IMG/VR virus record: IMGVR_UViG_3300037408_000887
Location: 1 to 49,836 of that record
DNA: 49,836 nt
Strand: one strand, 5' to 3'
Source: a virus
Lineage: Duplodnaviria; Caudoviricetes
The notes below the pieces were generated by a model. It did no database searches. It had not been told where the DNA came from and was given only the letters and a program-made list of their open reading frames with translations. A program made the translations under genes and the position numbers. Each line of letters starts with the position of its first letter. Position 1 is the stretch's first letter. Positions 9,496 through 19,225 of the stretch are shown here, piece after piece.

Positions 9496-11316
9496 TTATC
9501 TGAGCATCAGGCCGACGCCGATTTTTATACTCCCTGCAGGAGTCGGATATGTGAACCACGAATCAAGATTTCGCTCGCCCGAGTTTATACTCGATTGCGG
9601 ATTGTTGATCGCATCCGCCTGAACGAAAACATGATCCTCGATCGATGTCGCTTCTCCATCATCGTCAATCCATTGGCCGAAGGTCTCACCCTCGGGGACC
9701 GATCCGGTTGATCCGACATCCCATAAACGATGAAAGAAGTTCCATATCGCCATCGAAGAATCCTCTATCCTCCTCAGGCTGTTCGGCTCATTGTGAGTCG
9801 GGGAAAGCGAATCTACAACGCTCACCATGATATAGTCGCGCATAAGCGGACCATTTGCGAACATGAACTCCTTCGCCGTTGACGGAGTATAGAAGGTTTT
9901 TATGATATATCCCGCTCCGATTTGGAAGATGGTCGTATTCACTCCCGCTTCCGCAAGATCGGTTCTATCAAGCGCATCGGAAAACTCATCCCCAACAACG
10001 CCCTTGATTCCTCGTATCGGAGTGTTTGCCGTCGCGGGGACCCAATGTACCCCGAGAGACCCGATCGACCGTACCCACGCTCCCATCACATGACCGACCG
10101 ATGGGACAGCGCGAGACGGAGAATAGGCACTCGTGGCGAACGGGTCCTCGACGTAGTACCATTTTTCCTGTATTACTCCGAGAACATCATCTCCTCTCTG
10201 ATATCCGTTCCCGATGACGATGAGTTGCGCCTTGGTTCGGTCAGATGCAATATTATAAATGACCTTCGGTTGATCCCATCGGCCCTTACAGTATGTCTCT
10301 AGGGCCTTATTCGTATCGACGACGGTCGTATCAGAAAGGCACAGAAAACGCACGGGGAGATCGTCGAAATATGCATAGTCCTGCGCGTAGTGTGTCGCGA
10401 GGGTCGGGGCGGTTCCGTCCGCTCCGCTTGCCAGATATTCTACCGTCGCCACATCTGCGGGGAAGCTGAGACCATCACCGGAAGCAGAGGCGAGGTCTGT
10501 CACAACCAACCATTGAGACGTCTGGAAAACATTCGCAACATAGTAATCCGAAACTTCCGGCTCCATGGTGCAATATATTTTTCCGAGATCGGAATCAACC
10601 TCACTCACTATTCCTGCGCTACTTTTTCTCCATGTCCTGAGCCTGAATCCCATGACAATCGCGACATCACCAGTCTCAATATTCGCGGTTCCATGGAATG
10701 CTCCCGAAAAATGGACCTTACTCGTGGAATAGTCGACCGACGTGATCTTCTTGTAAACAGTCGCCCCGCCACCGCCGGTCGCCGTGAACTTCATGATATC
10801 GCCCGGGATGACTCCCGCGATACTTGTCAACACGACAAACGTATCGGTTTTTATTCCCGCTCCATTCGCGGTTGTCGAAAACCGCGCTCCGTTCTCGATG
10901 GTAAAACCCGTCCGATTCCCGCTCTCGCTATAGTCGAGTTCTTCCGCATACCCGCTATCAAGCCGAAAGGTGTTCGCCGCAGAAAGATCGACGACATTTT
11001 TTGTCGCGGCGACTCCATCATACGCCGCGCCAGAATAACCGACATGAGACATGACATAGATGCTTGCATCTACTCCCGCCGAATTCTGGAAAAAACCTTC
11101 GAGCGCATCCCATCCGTACCAGAGCGGATTTACATGGTTTCCCAAGACCGCCTTTGCTTCCTCGGCATTCCTGAACAACCATGCTTTCTTGTATTTACGC
11201 TCGAAAAGGCCTATCATCCCGCCGATTAAAAAGTCCGACGGTCTGACTGACATTGATTTCTTGGTGGGGAGGGCCTCACCGTAGACATCTTGACGCCTGA
11301 GCCTATTTCCCATCAC
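9496..11316 (-). CDS. Contractile tail sheath protein
   Basis: 606 aa with VPSVGHVMGAW.R...GVHWVPA, L.EAGVN, EPN and C-terminal PTPA motifs. Confidence 0.92.
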   Translation of the reverse strand: MMGNRLRRQDVYGEALPTKKSMSVRPSDFLIGGMIGLFERKYKKAWLFRNAEEAKAVLGNHVNPLWYGWDALEGFFQNSAGVDASIYVMSHVGYSGAAYDGVAATKNVVDLSAANTFRLDSGYAEELDYSESGNRTGFTIENGARFSTTANGAGIKTDTFVVLTSIAGVIPGDIMKFTATGGGGATVYKKITSVDYSTSKVHFSGAFHGTANIETGDVAIVMGFRLRTWRKSSAGIVSEVDSDLGKIYCTMEPEVSDYYVANVFQTSQWLVVTDLASASGDGLSFPADVATVEYLASGADGTAPTLATHYAQDYAYFDDLPVRFLCLSDTTVVDTNKALETYCKGRWDQPKVIYNIASDRTKAQLIVIGNGYQRGDDVLGVIQEKWYYVEDPFATSAYSPSRAVPSVGHVMGAWVRSIGSLGVHWVPATANTPIRGIKGVVGDEFSDALDRTDLAEAGVNTTIFQIGAGYIIKTFYTPSTAKEFMFANGPLMRDYIMVSVVDSLSPTHNEPNSLRRIEDSSMAIWNFFHRLWDVGSTGSVPEGETFGQWIDDDGEATSIEDHVFVQADAINNPQSSINSGERNLDSWFTYPTPAGSIKIGVGLMLR

Positions 11317-11317
11317 G

Positions 11318-11575
11318 CTACTCCTTCACTTCAAAATATTTCCTGACGTTCTGAAAATCAGGGTGGTCGATGACCGATCGCTGAACCAGCTTATGTTCCT
11401 GACCCGAAAAAGTATAAACCTCTTTTCCTATGTGGAGTTCATACGTCCTGTTCTGTCGAAAAACAAGCGTCACCATACCACTCGATTTTTTTTCGGGCTC
11501 ATATTTCCCAACGATTGATTCGCTTATTTCCTCTTGGTCCTTGTGGTATTTTTGAGAATCCTTTTCTTTCGCCAT
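11318..11575 (-). CDS. Small hypothetical protein upstream of sheath
   Basis: Has an RBS and packs tightly between its neighbours. Confidence 0.6.
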   Translation of the reverse strand: MAKEKDSQKYHKDQEEISESIVGKYEPEKKSSGMVTLVFRQNRTYELHIGKEVYTFSGQEHKLVQRSVIDHPDFQNVRKYFEVKE

Positions 11576-11584
11576 GGTCGCCCC

Positions 11585-12775
11585 CTATTCATTGAGCCCC
11601 GGTTCAACCGTGATATTCAAAATCGACGTGGCCGGGAGTCTTGTGCTTTCAAATACATTTTCCATGAATCGAACAGAGCATGAATATTGAATCTTGTCAA
11701 CCTCATTTGCCTCTACTGCATCGACCTGAACCGCCGTTCCCGAAAAATCTATATCGAATTTCCGGCCATTAACCCAAAAAACCTTCCGCGAAATCATCAT
11801 CCGGGCCATCTCCGACGCTATCGCAAGACTTTCGGTATTGATCGACTCACAGGCAATGAGTAAATCATACGTGAACCACTTCCCGAATCTCTGCTCGATT
11901 GCGGACCCATCCGACGCTTTCCACGTATGGATTCCGGTCTGGACGTCTGACTCGATCTGCTCGTTCTCTGGAGCAAGCCCCCACACGCAAATAGAGGGAA
12001 GAACGGCATCATCTTCATGTCTACCGAAAAGAAAGGGGATGCAGAGATATACGCTTGCACCCGATGTGAAACTATTGACAAGGGTGTCTCCATCAAATAA
12101 TTCAGAAAGGCCTATCTCTGTTTCGCTTTTTCTGTCAATGTGGTGATACTCAGAGTTTACCCCGTCCGTGATTTTGATCATCGAATATCGTCGTGCATAT
12201 TCGGGTTCGTCGTCGAAAACGATCTCGCTATCGCCAGCATAATGAGGTCCTATCGTGCCGACTAGAAATCTAGTTTCAAACAATTGGGATATCTCATTAT
12301 CATAGGCATCCTTGAGACCTACAAAAATATCATATGGGATTTCGTCTCTGCTCATGACACAATAAGAGATGATCAAATAATCCGCCTCATCGCCCGAGTA
12401 TGTGATTTTTATTTGCTCAATCGACGATAAATCACTCACGTCGAACGTCACGTCATTCATGATCCCGCCGACCGGGAGATAGTATTCCTTCGCGGTTCCG
12501 AAACTTATTTTATACACGAATTCAGACGCCGTTGTATGATTCAAAACTCGATTCTTCCGCGACCATACCGAAATAGTTATTCGATCATTGTCTCCAAGAG
12601 ATATCGGAGATGCGAGAACCTTTTGGCAATACCCCGCAACCGGGAAAGAAAGAACGAGAGACTTTGAGTTATGACCCGCAATATATTCTTTGTGATCGTT
12701 CAGCCCATGGATTGCACATCCGGCAGATGCGGTCCATCCCGTGATCGAGTCAAGATTTTCAATGACCGTTTTCAT
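11585..12775 (-). CDS. Tail terminator / completion protein with extra N-terminal domains
   Basis: C-terminal LPSICVW...FTYDLLIAC pattern; lies before the sheath. Confidence 0.55.
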   Translation of the reverse strand: MKTVIENLDSITGWTASAGCAIHGLNDHKEYIAGHNSKSLVLSFPVAGYCQKVLASPISLGDNDRITISVWSRKNRVLNHTTASEFVYKISFGTAKEYYLPVGGIMNDVTFDVSDLSSIEQIKITYSGDEADYLIISYCVMSRDEIPYDIFVGLKDAYDNEISQLFETRFLVGTIGPHYAGDSEIVFDDEPEYARRYSMIKITDGVNSEYHHIDRKSETEIGLSELFDGDTLVNSFTSGASVYLCIPFLFGRHEDDAVLPSICVWGLAPENEQIESDVQTGIHTWKASDGSAIEQRFGKWFTYDLLIACESINTESLAIASEMARMMISRKVFWVNGRKFDIDFSGTAVQVDAVEANEVDKIQYSCSVRFMENVFESTRLPATSILNITVEPGLNE

Positions 12776-13395
12776 TTTTTCTCGACCAGTTCTTCATGTT
12801 TATTTTTATAGATATCAATATAATAATCAATAAACTTGCTTTTCCCGGTATTGACAAATTTTGTGAATTCCTTTTTCATCTCTGCATATTGTTTTTCAGC
12901 TTTTAATTTTTTATATAATTTGGAAACTGATTTCGCAAACGCAGGGCGGGGAGGAATGCGTATCAATCTTGTTTCCCCTGTCTTTTTGTTTTTAACCACG
13001 AAAGTCCTTCCGTGCTCGTGAATGTCAAGCAACCTCCTCAATGTGATATCCGCCTCATGGTGTTTGGCAATAGACCCCTGAACCTTCCATCCATTTTTTA
13101 GTTTTCTCATCCTGAGCATGCTTGAATATGATTTGGGAGACTCTGAATCTCCCGCCCCGTAAAGGGGGACATCGGGAAGATCATAACCTTTCGATCTTTT
13201 TTGCGCGATGGTTGTTTTTGATAATCTCTTGAGCCCTAGGTTTCTTTTTTTTATCCCGTCATGGAATATTTTTATCAATGTTGCGGCATCTTTTTTCCTC
13301 ATTCCGTAAAGACACTCCTGCCCCAACTTGGGGAGGGCCTTGAGCCGCCGTTGCTTTTCCCGAAATGATTTCGACACCTTCGCTTTTGCAGGCAT
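12772..13395 (-). CDS. Basic neck / tail-completion protein (HK97 gp10 / Mu gpG-like)
   Basis: LS..TIAQK, PLY, IHEHG and RIPPRP motifs. Likely start MPAKAK at 13395. Confidence 0.7.
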   Translation of the reverse strand: MPAKAKVSKSFREKQRRLKALPKLGQECLYGMRKKDAATLIKIFHDGIKKRNLGLKRLSKTTIAQKRSKGYDLPDVPLYGAGDSESPKSYSSMLRMRKLKNGWKVQGSIAKHHEADITLRRLLDIHEHGRTFVVKNKKTGETRLIRIPPRPAFAKSVSKLYKKLKAEKQYAEMKKEFTKFVNTGKSKFIDYYIDIYKNKHEELVEKK

Positions 13396-13832
13396 TATTT
13401 TCTCACAAGCCCGAGAGTGATATATAAATATGATGATCCGTATTGGCCCGAATAGCCCTTTGATTTTATTTCCATCTCCTGACCCTGCAGGACCGCCGTC
13501 GTCCTTACGATGTCGATATCCTTCCACTCAAGTTCGCTATCGATCCAGTCCTGCATCGCCGTATATGCGATTGCATCACAGGGCTCCCGAATCCCTGCCT
13601 TTTCGAGTTGCTTTTCACTAGGATTGTAATCAACGGGGTTCGCCATGAACGATAATATCGGAGACGGAGTTTTTCTCTGCGAGATAGATTTGTACTTATC
13701 CCTCGTGACGTCACCCTCTCCTCTCAGGCTTATCCGGATCGGGACCCCGTATTCATGACATGACGCCTGAACATCAACCATGGCGTCAGACTTTTCTTTT
13801 TCGACTCCATCGGATGCAACCGGGAAACGCAT
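13395..13832 (-). CDS. Head closure protein (putative)
   Basis: Size and position after the head-tail adaptor. Confidence 0.55.
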   Translation of the reverse strand: MRFPVASDGVEKEKSDAMVDVQASCHEYGVPIRISLRGEGDVTRDKYKSISQRKTPSPILSFMANPVDYNPSEKQLEKAGIREPCDAIAYTAMQDWIDSELEWKDIDIVRTTAVLQGQEMEIKSKGYSGQYGSSYLYITLGLVRK

Positions 13833-13835
13833 TCA

Positions 13836-14444
13836 TCATACTCCGGTCATATATTTTCTGAGGATATCCATCGCCATCCTCGCATAATCATTTCTCGCCG
13901 ATGAGTATTTCCCTCTTTCCCCGAATTGTCGAGTAAACCCCTGAGTCGATAACGAGTTCCCTCCTCCGGTTCTGTTCGCGATATTCCCGAGAGAGACCTC
14001 GCAAGCCAGAAATAAAATCGCTTGTTCAATGTCGGATGGAGCAGATGCGAACCCCGCCACATATGTCACCTTGATATTTCTGTTTCCTCTAGGAAATATT
14101 GTTGAGTCATAAGAATCGGTCGAATATCTTCTCCGGATAATTCCAGCATTACTATCGAGTTCGAGCCCCGCAAGACTTTCTCCCGAATAAGTAGCATTAT
14201 TTATCATAACGGACACGAGAGACGTTATTGGCCTCCTGCTGAGAACCAAAACAGAGGACCCGCTTCCATCATACCGCTCCTCATAGGTGACAGGGGCCGA
14301 GATCGATATCCTTGCAGTTCTTTCGACGAACGGGACAATATACGATGAGATTTTCCCATCTATCCACGAGGAAGAAAGTACATCTCTGTTGATCCCGAAT
14401 CCTTCGAGTTCCTGATAAACATCATCTGCGGTTGGGAGAGCCAT
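13836..14444 (-). CDS. Head-tail adaptor (gp6 / gp15-like)
   Basis: YEERYDGSG...L.RRPI, NIKVTYVAGF..APSDIEQAIL and L.KY motifs. Confidence 0.85.
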   Translation of the reverse strand: MALPTADDVYQELEGFGINRDVLSSSWIDGKISSYIVPFVERTARISISAPVTYEERYDGSGSSVLVLSRRPITSLVSVMINNATYSGESLAGLELDSNAGIIRRRYSTDSYDSTIFPRGNRNIKVTYVAGFASAPSDIEQAILFLACEVSLGNIANRTGGGNSLSTQGFTRQFGERGKYSSARNDYARMAMDILRKYMTGV

Positions 14445-14815
14445 TACGGTTTCCTCACAACATCTTGAGTTAAGTTAAAAGTATTTATCACCTTTCCGCT
14501 TTCTTTCAATAACAGTTCTTGAATATTTGTCGATGAATATTCGACCTGACATCCAAAATAATACATCCCCGCATCGAGATCGTCAGTATCGGCGGGGAGA
14601 ATCTGAACGGTTATACATCCCGTCGTAGGATCGTCAACGGTTACGCCGCTCAATAATGCTTTCATCACTTTTGCATCAAGATCAGAATCTTCGGGGTCTA
14701 TTTTTATCGCGAATCTTACATCTATCGCCGTCGCGAGATTTGCTATGATAACATTATCCGAATCCCTCAGAGGACCGATAACAATCGAATTATAATTTCC
14801 TTTTATTAAGTTCAT
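14444..14815 (-). CDS. Ig-like (BppU N-terminal-like) virion protein
   Basis: G.ITVQI.P.DT..L.AG.YY...QV pattern. Confidence 0.6.
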   Translation of the reverse strand: MNLIKGNYNSIVIGPLRDSDNVIIANLATAIDVRFAIKIDPEDSDLDAKVMKALLSGVTVDDPTTGCITVQILPADTDDLDAGMYYFGCQVEYSSTNIQELLLKESGKVINTFNLTQDVVRKP

Positions 14816-14817
14816 GA

Positions 14818-15435
14818 TTAAATAACCCGCATCTCCCCTGATATCAGAGTCTTATTTATCATTCTCCCCTCAAGTGATACCATCGATTCGGTTTCTCCCG
14901 ATATCGGCATCGCCATGGTTTCCGTGATATACTCCTCATTCACTCCAAAAGAATATCTCGCCTGAATTGATTCTCCCGCATCACATCGTATAAAATAATC
15001 ATTATTCGGATTAAATGCCGTAAAGAAATATTTATAACCGCCATCCCCGACCTCATCCATTGCCACATCAGAGACGACAATCGATCCATCAAGCGCATTA
15101 TATATTCTGATTGTCGGCGTCAATCCGGTTGCCGCGATACCATCATTATCAACAAAAAATGCAGAGACGACATGAACCCCTGAATAATAACTTGAAACAT
15201 TCACCCCGAACGAATATCTGTTGTCTATCGTTATGGCATCGCAAACTACTTGATAGGCTTTTGAAACATCATAGTCTGTAATTACATATCGATATCCACC
15301 GCCACCGATTTCCGACATGACCGAGTTCACGATAATCGAATCATCAGATAAATCTCGCACAGTAATCGACGGAGAGAGACCCGTTGCCGGTTCTCCTTCA
15401 TTGTTAATAAAATGTGCGATAATACACTTGTTCAT
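14818..15435 (-). CDS. Virion protein with two tandem Ig-like repeats
   Basis: Internal duplication ATGL.P.I......SI.V...M.E.G.GGY.Y......Y...CDA...RYSFGVN. Confidence 0.65.
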   Translation of the reverse strand: MNKCIIAHFINNEGEPATGLSPSITVRDLSDDSIIVNSVMSEIGGGGYRYVITDYDVSKAYQVVCDAITIDNRYSFGVNVSSYYSGVHVVSAFFVDNDGIAATGLTPTIRIYNALDGSIVVSDVAMDEVGDGGYKYFFTAFNPNNDYFIRCDAGESIQARYSFGVNEEYITETMAMPISGETESMVSLEGRMINKTLISGEMRVI

Positions 15436-15450
15436 TTCTTGCTCGGATTT

Positions 15451-15972
15451 CTATATTTTCCCTTGTGCAATCAATCTTTCTTCCGCCATTTTGCGTATTT
15501 CGGCTTGTATAAGTTCTTCTCGTTCTTTCTCTGCACGTTCGGCGTCAAGTTCCGCTTTCGTCGCCTGTCCGCTTGCGATTATTTCGGCGTCGGACATTGG
15601 TTCGATCATTTCACCAACGATTTTAGTGCGTGGGGGAAGCGTTTTAATTCCCGCATCTACCTTGTCGCGCAAGGTCATCGGCACGATTTTCTCGCCTGAT
15701 AGTTTGTGACCTTCGGGGATGCAAACCAATCCATCTCGGACGCGCTCTGATAGCTTGCGTACCCGAAAATCCTTGTCATACTCACGCCGGTCATGGCCAC
15801 GCTTGACATCGTGCGATTCAACCGGCGTTTCGATAATTTCATCGTATGGAGTAGCACCGAGCGATTTTTTCACTCCCTCAATCCCGTCCGCCGTATGGTA
15901 GGTCGCAACGATAATGTTGTCTTTTATGGCGGCGTATTTTTTTGTTGAATACATTACGCAGTCCTTTTCCAA
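15451..15972 (-). CDS. Putative fibre assembly chaperone
   Basis: Directly follows a fibre-tip-like gene; charged helical C-terminus. Confidence 0.45.
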   Translation of the reverse strand: MEKDCVMYSTKKYAAIKDNIIVATYHTADGIEGVKKSLGATPYDEIIETPVESHDVKRGHDRREYDKDFRVRKLSERVRDGLVCIPEGHKLSGEKIVPMTLRDKVDAGIKTLPPRTKIVGEMIEPMSDAEIIASGQATKAELDAERAEKEREELIQAEIRKMAEERLIAQGKI

Positions 15973-16490
15973 ATTATCATCAATCTGTTTTTCGGTCGAG
16001 TGGCATACCCTTCGCGTATATCTCCATGAGTACCATCATTGACGGCACGTAACCGCATTGAATCGCCCTGCTGTCCCGTATTAAATTGGCATTCCGAATA
16101 ATTGGCCGCATTGTTTACGGTGTGGTATCGTTCCGTACTACCCGTCGGAGCGCCGTAATACCACTTCGAGTTCTTATATACACCCCCCTGCCACGACTGA
16201 AATTGGTCTACCTGCAGTCCATTAGTCCGACCGGAATTTTGACCCTCAGAAGCATGATAGTCGCCCTGCGTAATGAGCGCAATCGCCTCATCGTCCCACA
16301 TCTCGGTCCACGTTCCGCCGAAAAGAGTAGCGGGTGATTCAGATGACGGGAGTGCTGTTGCATCGGTATTCGATGCGGCAGAGGCAACTTGGATGTATAT
16401 TGATCCGGTTGGGAATACATCAAGGGTATCACCCGACTGCAACTGCTGAATCTGACCAGAATTAAGTACGAGTGGTTTTCTTATCGTCAT
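15954..16490 (-). CDS. Fibre-tip / collar-like protein (probable head-associated fibre)
   Basis: FPTGSIYIQ...SPATLFGGTW...Q.DQFQ...TRPKN...IWKRTA pattern typical of fibre collar and tip domains. Confidence 0.6.
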   Translation of the reverse strand: MTIRKPLVLNSGQIQQLQSGDTLDVFPTGSIYIQVASAASNTDATALPSSESPATLFGGTWTEMWDDEAIALITQGDYHASEGQNSGRTNGLQVDQFQSWQGGVYKNSKWYYGAPTGSTERYHTVNNAANYSECQFNTGQQGDSMRLRAVNDGTHGDIREGYATRPKNRLMIIWKRTA

Positions 16491-16952
16491 TATAATTGGA
16501 TCGGTTGCTCAGGGTCTATGTCAAGCATAGTTGTTGATAATGCAATCCCGACCTGAACCACAAAACCGGTTGCAGGTGGAGTCGCAGTTAGCATTCCCTT
16601 TGTAGCTTCGCTGAGAAAATACCTTGCTCCCGCAGTCAATGACGCCGCTCCGATAACAGCCGTCCAGTCCGCAGATGTCAATTGGCCGCTTGTCTGGATG
16701 TCGCCAGATGCTCCCGATGCGATCGACGCCGCCCTGCAAACCCCGATAGCCCATGCGGTCCCTACTGCATCAGCTTTCGCCTGTTTGAATTTTGCCGTGC
16801 TTGATATATAAACCGGCATTCCTATCGTGGTCGCGTCCGCCGCTTCTTCTGACGTCAACGATACGACATCAACCTCATTACAAGAAGCGTCCAGAGTGTC
16901 GCCAGATTGCAACTGCTGAATCTGACCAGAATTAAGTACGAGTGGTTTTCTT
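16438..16952. repeat. 45-bp exact direct repeat at 16438-16482 and 16908-16952
   Basis: tgcaactgctgaatctgaccagaattaagtacgagtggttttctt occurs twice and encodes the shared N-terminus RKPLVLNSGQIQQLQ of two adjacent genes. Confidence 0.95.
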
Positions 16953-16960
16953 GCAGTCAT
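16490..16960 (-). CDS. Capsid cement / decoration protein (DUF2190-like)
   Basis: IG.PVY...A.AD....AIGV....IASGASG.I...G.L and YFLS..T.G.L....P.TGFV.QVG motifs. Confidence 0.65.
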   Translation of the reverse strand: MTARKPLVLNSGQIQQLQSGDTLDASCNEVDVVSLTSEEAADATTIGMPVYISSTAKFKQAKADAVGTAWAIGVCRAASIASGASGDIQTSGQLTSADWTAVIGAASLTAGARYFLSEATKGMLTATPPATGFVVQVGIALSTTMLDIDPEQPIQL

Positions 16961-16969
16961 GCTCTTACC

Positions 16970-17350
16970 TCACAACAATATTGGTTCTGATATTCTCATA
17001 TAAACAGATGTCGAAGAAAGAACCTCTCCGACCTGAATCCTGAATCCTGTCGATGGAGGGACGATTGATATCGACGTCCCGTTCAGATATAGAATGTTTC
17101 CTACCGATAACGACCATAGTGGATTTACAACGATTCCAACCGAAACAACTTTCCCTGACGTTCCTGTAGCGATATCCTCAATCGACATTCCTGCGATTTT
17201 CCCTCGATGAAAAACGTTCGATGAATCTGCATTATAACCGTCATGCGTTACCAGAGAGAATGCCGATATCAGTTCACTCGCCACGACATAGAGGCGTAAT
17301 CTCTTTTCGAGATTTACGGTCGTCTGTATTGTGCCGATTGCTCCTCTCAA
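16970..17350 (-). CDS. Capsid cement / decoration protein, paralogue of 16490..16960
   Basis: Similar IATG.SG.V...G.V and PP.TGF..QVG..LS.T motifs, and a similar C-terminus (EPILL vs EQPIQL). Confidence 0.6.
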   Translation of the reverse strand: MRGAIGTIQTTVNLEKRLRLYVVASELISAFSLVTHDGYNADSSNVFHRGKIAGMSIEDIATGTSGKVVSVGIVVNPLWSLSVGNILYLNGTSISIVPPSTGFRIQVGEVLSSTSVYMRISEPILL

Positions 17351-17371
17351 TTTCCATCCTCTTTCATTCCG

Positions 17372-18031
17372 TTATAGAGTTGTGTCGTAAACATGACCAT
17401 AAAATTTTATTCGGCAAGTATCAGCGTTCACCGTGCTTGACGTAAACTTGCATGATATTCTTGTGTTGGCCGGTTGTTGAGGAATCTGAACCGGCATCGC
17501 GCTCTCCCGAGAAAAGTTTGCCGTCCTACCGACATCAACCGAACCGATAAGGGTTTCCCCAAGTGCAGGGCCAGCATAAATATCAATTACACCGTAAAGG
17601 TTCGCCGATATGTCCCAAATAGAGGCCCAATGAAGGTCGAACGCTTTCGTTATTGCACCTGCGCCGATGACCTCGGTTATTGCACCGCCGGTGTCCCATG
17701 CCCCGGCGTTTGCAGTAAGAAGAACCGGGTCTGCTTTGTCGGGCCTTATGAAAGCGGCCCCGTGAACGTGATAATACCCGGTCTGCAAATATGCAATTAC
17801 TGTCGATACGTTCGGAGCGAAAGGGACGGAAATATAGTCGGTCAATTGCCCGATTAAAGCGGCAACCTGTTTTATTCGGGCGATAAGGCTCGTTCCTGCT
17901 GTCGTATCGGATTTGTTCCCGACAACATCACGCGAGTAAACATTCGCCGCACTATCAGCCGTCGGTACGGCCTCTTGCACAGACACAATCGCCGATATCC
18001 TTGAATCGCTTATCTTCTCATGTCCGCTCAT
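17372..18031 (-). CDS. Virion decoration protein with C-terminal beta-sandwich domain
   Basis: Lies in the head-decoration cluster; its C-terminal half resembles 18636..18863 plus 18391..18636. Confidence 0.55.
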   Translation of the reverse strand: MSGHEKISDSRISAIVSVQEAVPTADSAANVYSRDVVGNKSDTTAGTSLIARIKQVAALIGQLTDYISVPFAPNVSTVIAYLQTGYYHVHGAAFIRPDKADPVLLTANAGAWDTGGAITEVIGAGAITKAFDLHWASIWDISANLYGVIDIYAGPALGETLIGSVDVGRTANFSRESAMPVQIPQQPANTRISCKFTSSTVNADTCRIKFYGHVYDTTL

Positions 18032-18391
18032 TTAATATCGCCTCTCGAATGATAATGAATAGGGAATCATTCTGTCATCCCCTTCGTCCACGGCCTCTTG
18101 ATATGTTATCTGCAGATAATCGAGAACGGCAAAATTAAGGTCAAGTCGCATCCCGGGGGTTCCTGCGACAAGGTGATTTGCATTATAAAACTCACGGTAA
18201 TTCGTTCCGTCTATTTTATAATATACTCGCACCGTTCCGTTCTGAGTCATGTTTGAAAGATCGAGGAACACATCATGGAGAATCTTGTTCTTCGTACTTT
18301 GCAATTCAACAACCGTCTGTTCTCCTCCGGCATCCAGATAATTAAAAACTGCTTTTCGGAAAACGAACCCCGGCAACTTTGAAAATGGCAT
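18032..18391 (-). CDS. Hypothetical beta-rich virion protein
   Basis: Tightly coupled ORF in the head cluster. Confidence 0.55.
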   Translation of the reverse strand: MPFSKLPGFVFRKAVFNYLDAGGEQTVVELQSTKNKILHDVFLDLSNMTQNGTVRVYYKIDGTNYREFYNANHLVAGTPGMRLDLNFAVLDYLQITYQEAVDEGDDRMIPYSLSFERRY

Positions 18392-18636
18392 TACGCAATC
18401 TCCTTGTAGAGAATCGAAATGTCTACTGATTCTCCGCCATAATTACATGCGACCTTGGCATAGATCGGATAATCCTTCGGGATAACCCCCGTATGAATGG
18501 GAACAATCCTCCCGCCAGCGGTCGGCCCTGCGAAGAAAGACATCGGGATCGACGTGCGGGTTCTACCGAGTTCTATCGTGCAACCCGCATCACCATAAAG
18601 AACAATCTCAAAAACGAGTCCATCCCATCCTGCCAT
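18391..18636 (-). CDS. Hypothetical virion protein (second half of a split beta-sandwich)
   Basis: GAGGAG RBS and TGATG overlap with the upstream gene. Confidence 0.55.
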   Translation of the reverse strand: MAGWDGLVFEIVLYGDAGCTIELGRTRTSIPMSFFAGPTAGGRIVPIHTGVIPKDYPIYAKVACNYGGESVDISILYKEIA

Positions 18637-18863
18637 CAGTCAATCTCCTCATCTCCGAGAAATATCGGGACATCCATTTCTATCACGATATCGGTTATTA
18701 TGAAACTTCTTGAGGCAACTCCCGCATCCATTATCTTCACCGCAGGACCGAGAACCCAATCAACGGCATCAGCCGTTAATCGCTTCCCATATTCAAGAGA
18801 TGGAGCGCATTTCCCGGGAGAAAGATCGGAACGCTTCGGGACGTTTTTTTCGTGAGTACCCAT
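18636..18863 (-). CDS. Hypothetical virion protein (first half of a split beta-sandwich)
   Basis: TAATG coupling to the upstream gene; resembles part of 17372..18031. Confidence 0.55.
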   Translation of the reverse strand: MGTHEKNVPKRSDLSPGKCAPSLEYGKRLTADAVDWVLGPAVKIMDAGVASRSFIITDIVIEMDVPIFLGDEEID

Positions 18864-19213
18864 TATTGAGCCCTCACCGTCATCTTAGATGTCCCGGCCC
18901 CCGTCTGAACAATCCTGATCGCAGTAACGGGATGGAATGTCCCGGCCTGAGCCGTCGTTACCCCTGAAAGACTCGACGGGACCCATGTCACCCCGACCCC
19001 GCTTTGAACGGTGACGATATCATCGGTCGTCGTCTGTACCTCGGCAGTAGCACCACCCGCCGCCTGAACGGTCACGGAAACGTTATCGACGTCATCGGGG
19101 ATGAGAATCGAGTCTCCGTTTCCTGCGGCGGCGAGAGACGCCACGTATTGAAAACCGAAAGACCTGTCGCCCCCTTCCAATGAGGGGGCGACGTCCATGT
19201 TTACCCAAGCCAT
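18863..19213 (-). CDS. Hypothetical beta-rich head protein
   Basis: AGGAGG RBS; small beta-sandwich-like composition. Confidence 0.6.
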   Translation of the reverse strand: MAWVNMDVAPSLEGGDRSFGFQYVASLAAAGNGDSILIPDDVDNVSVTVQAAGGATAEVQTTTDDIVTVQSGVGVTWVPSSLSGVTTAQAGTFHPVTAIRIVQTGAGTSKMTVRAQ

Positions 19214-19225
19214 TCTGACCTCCTA

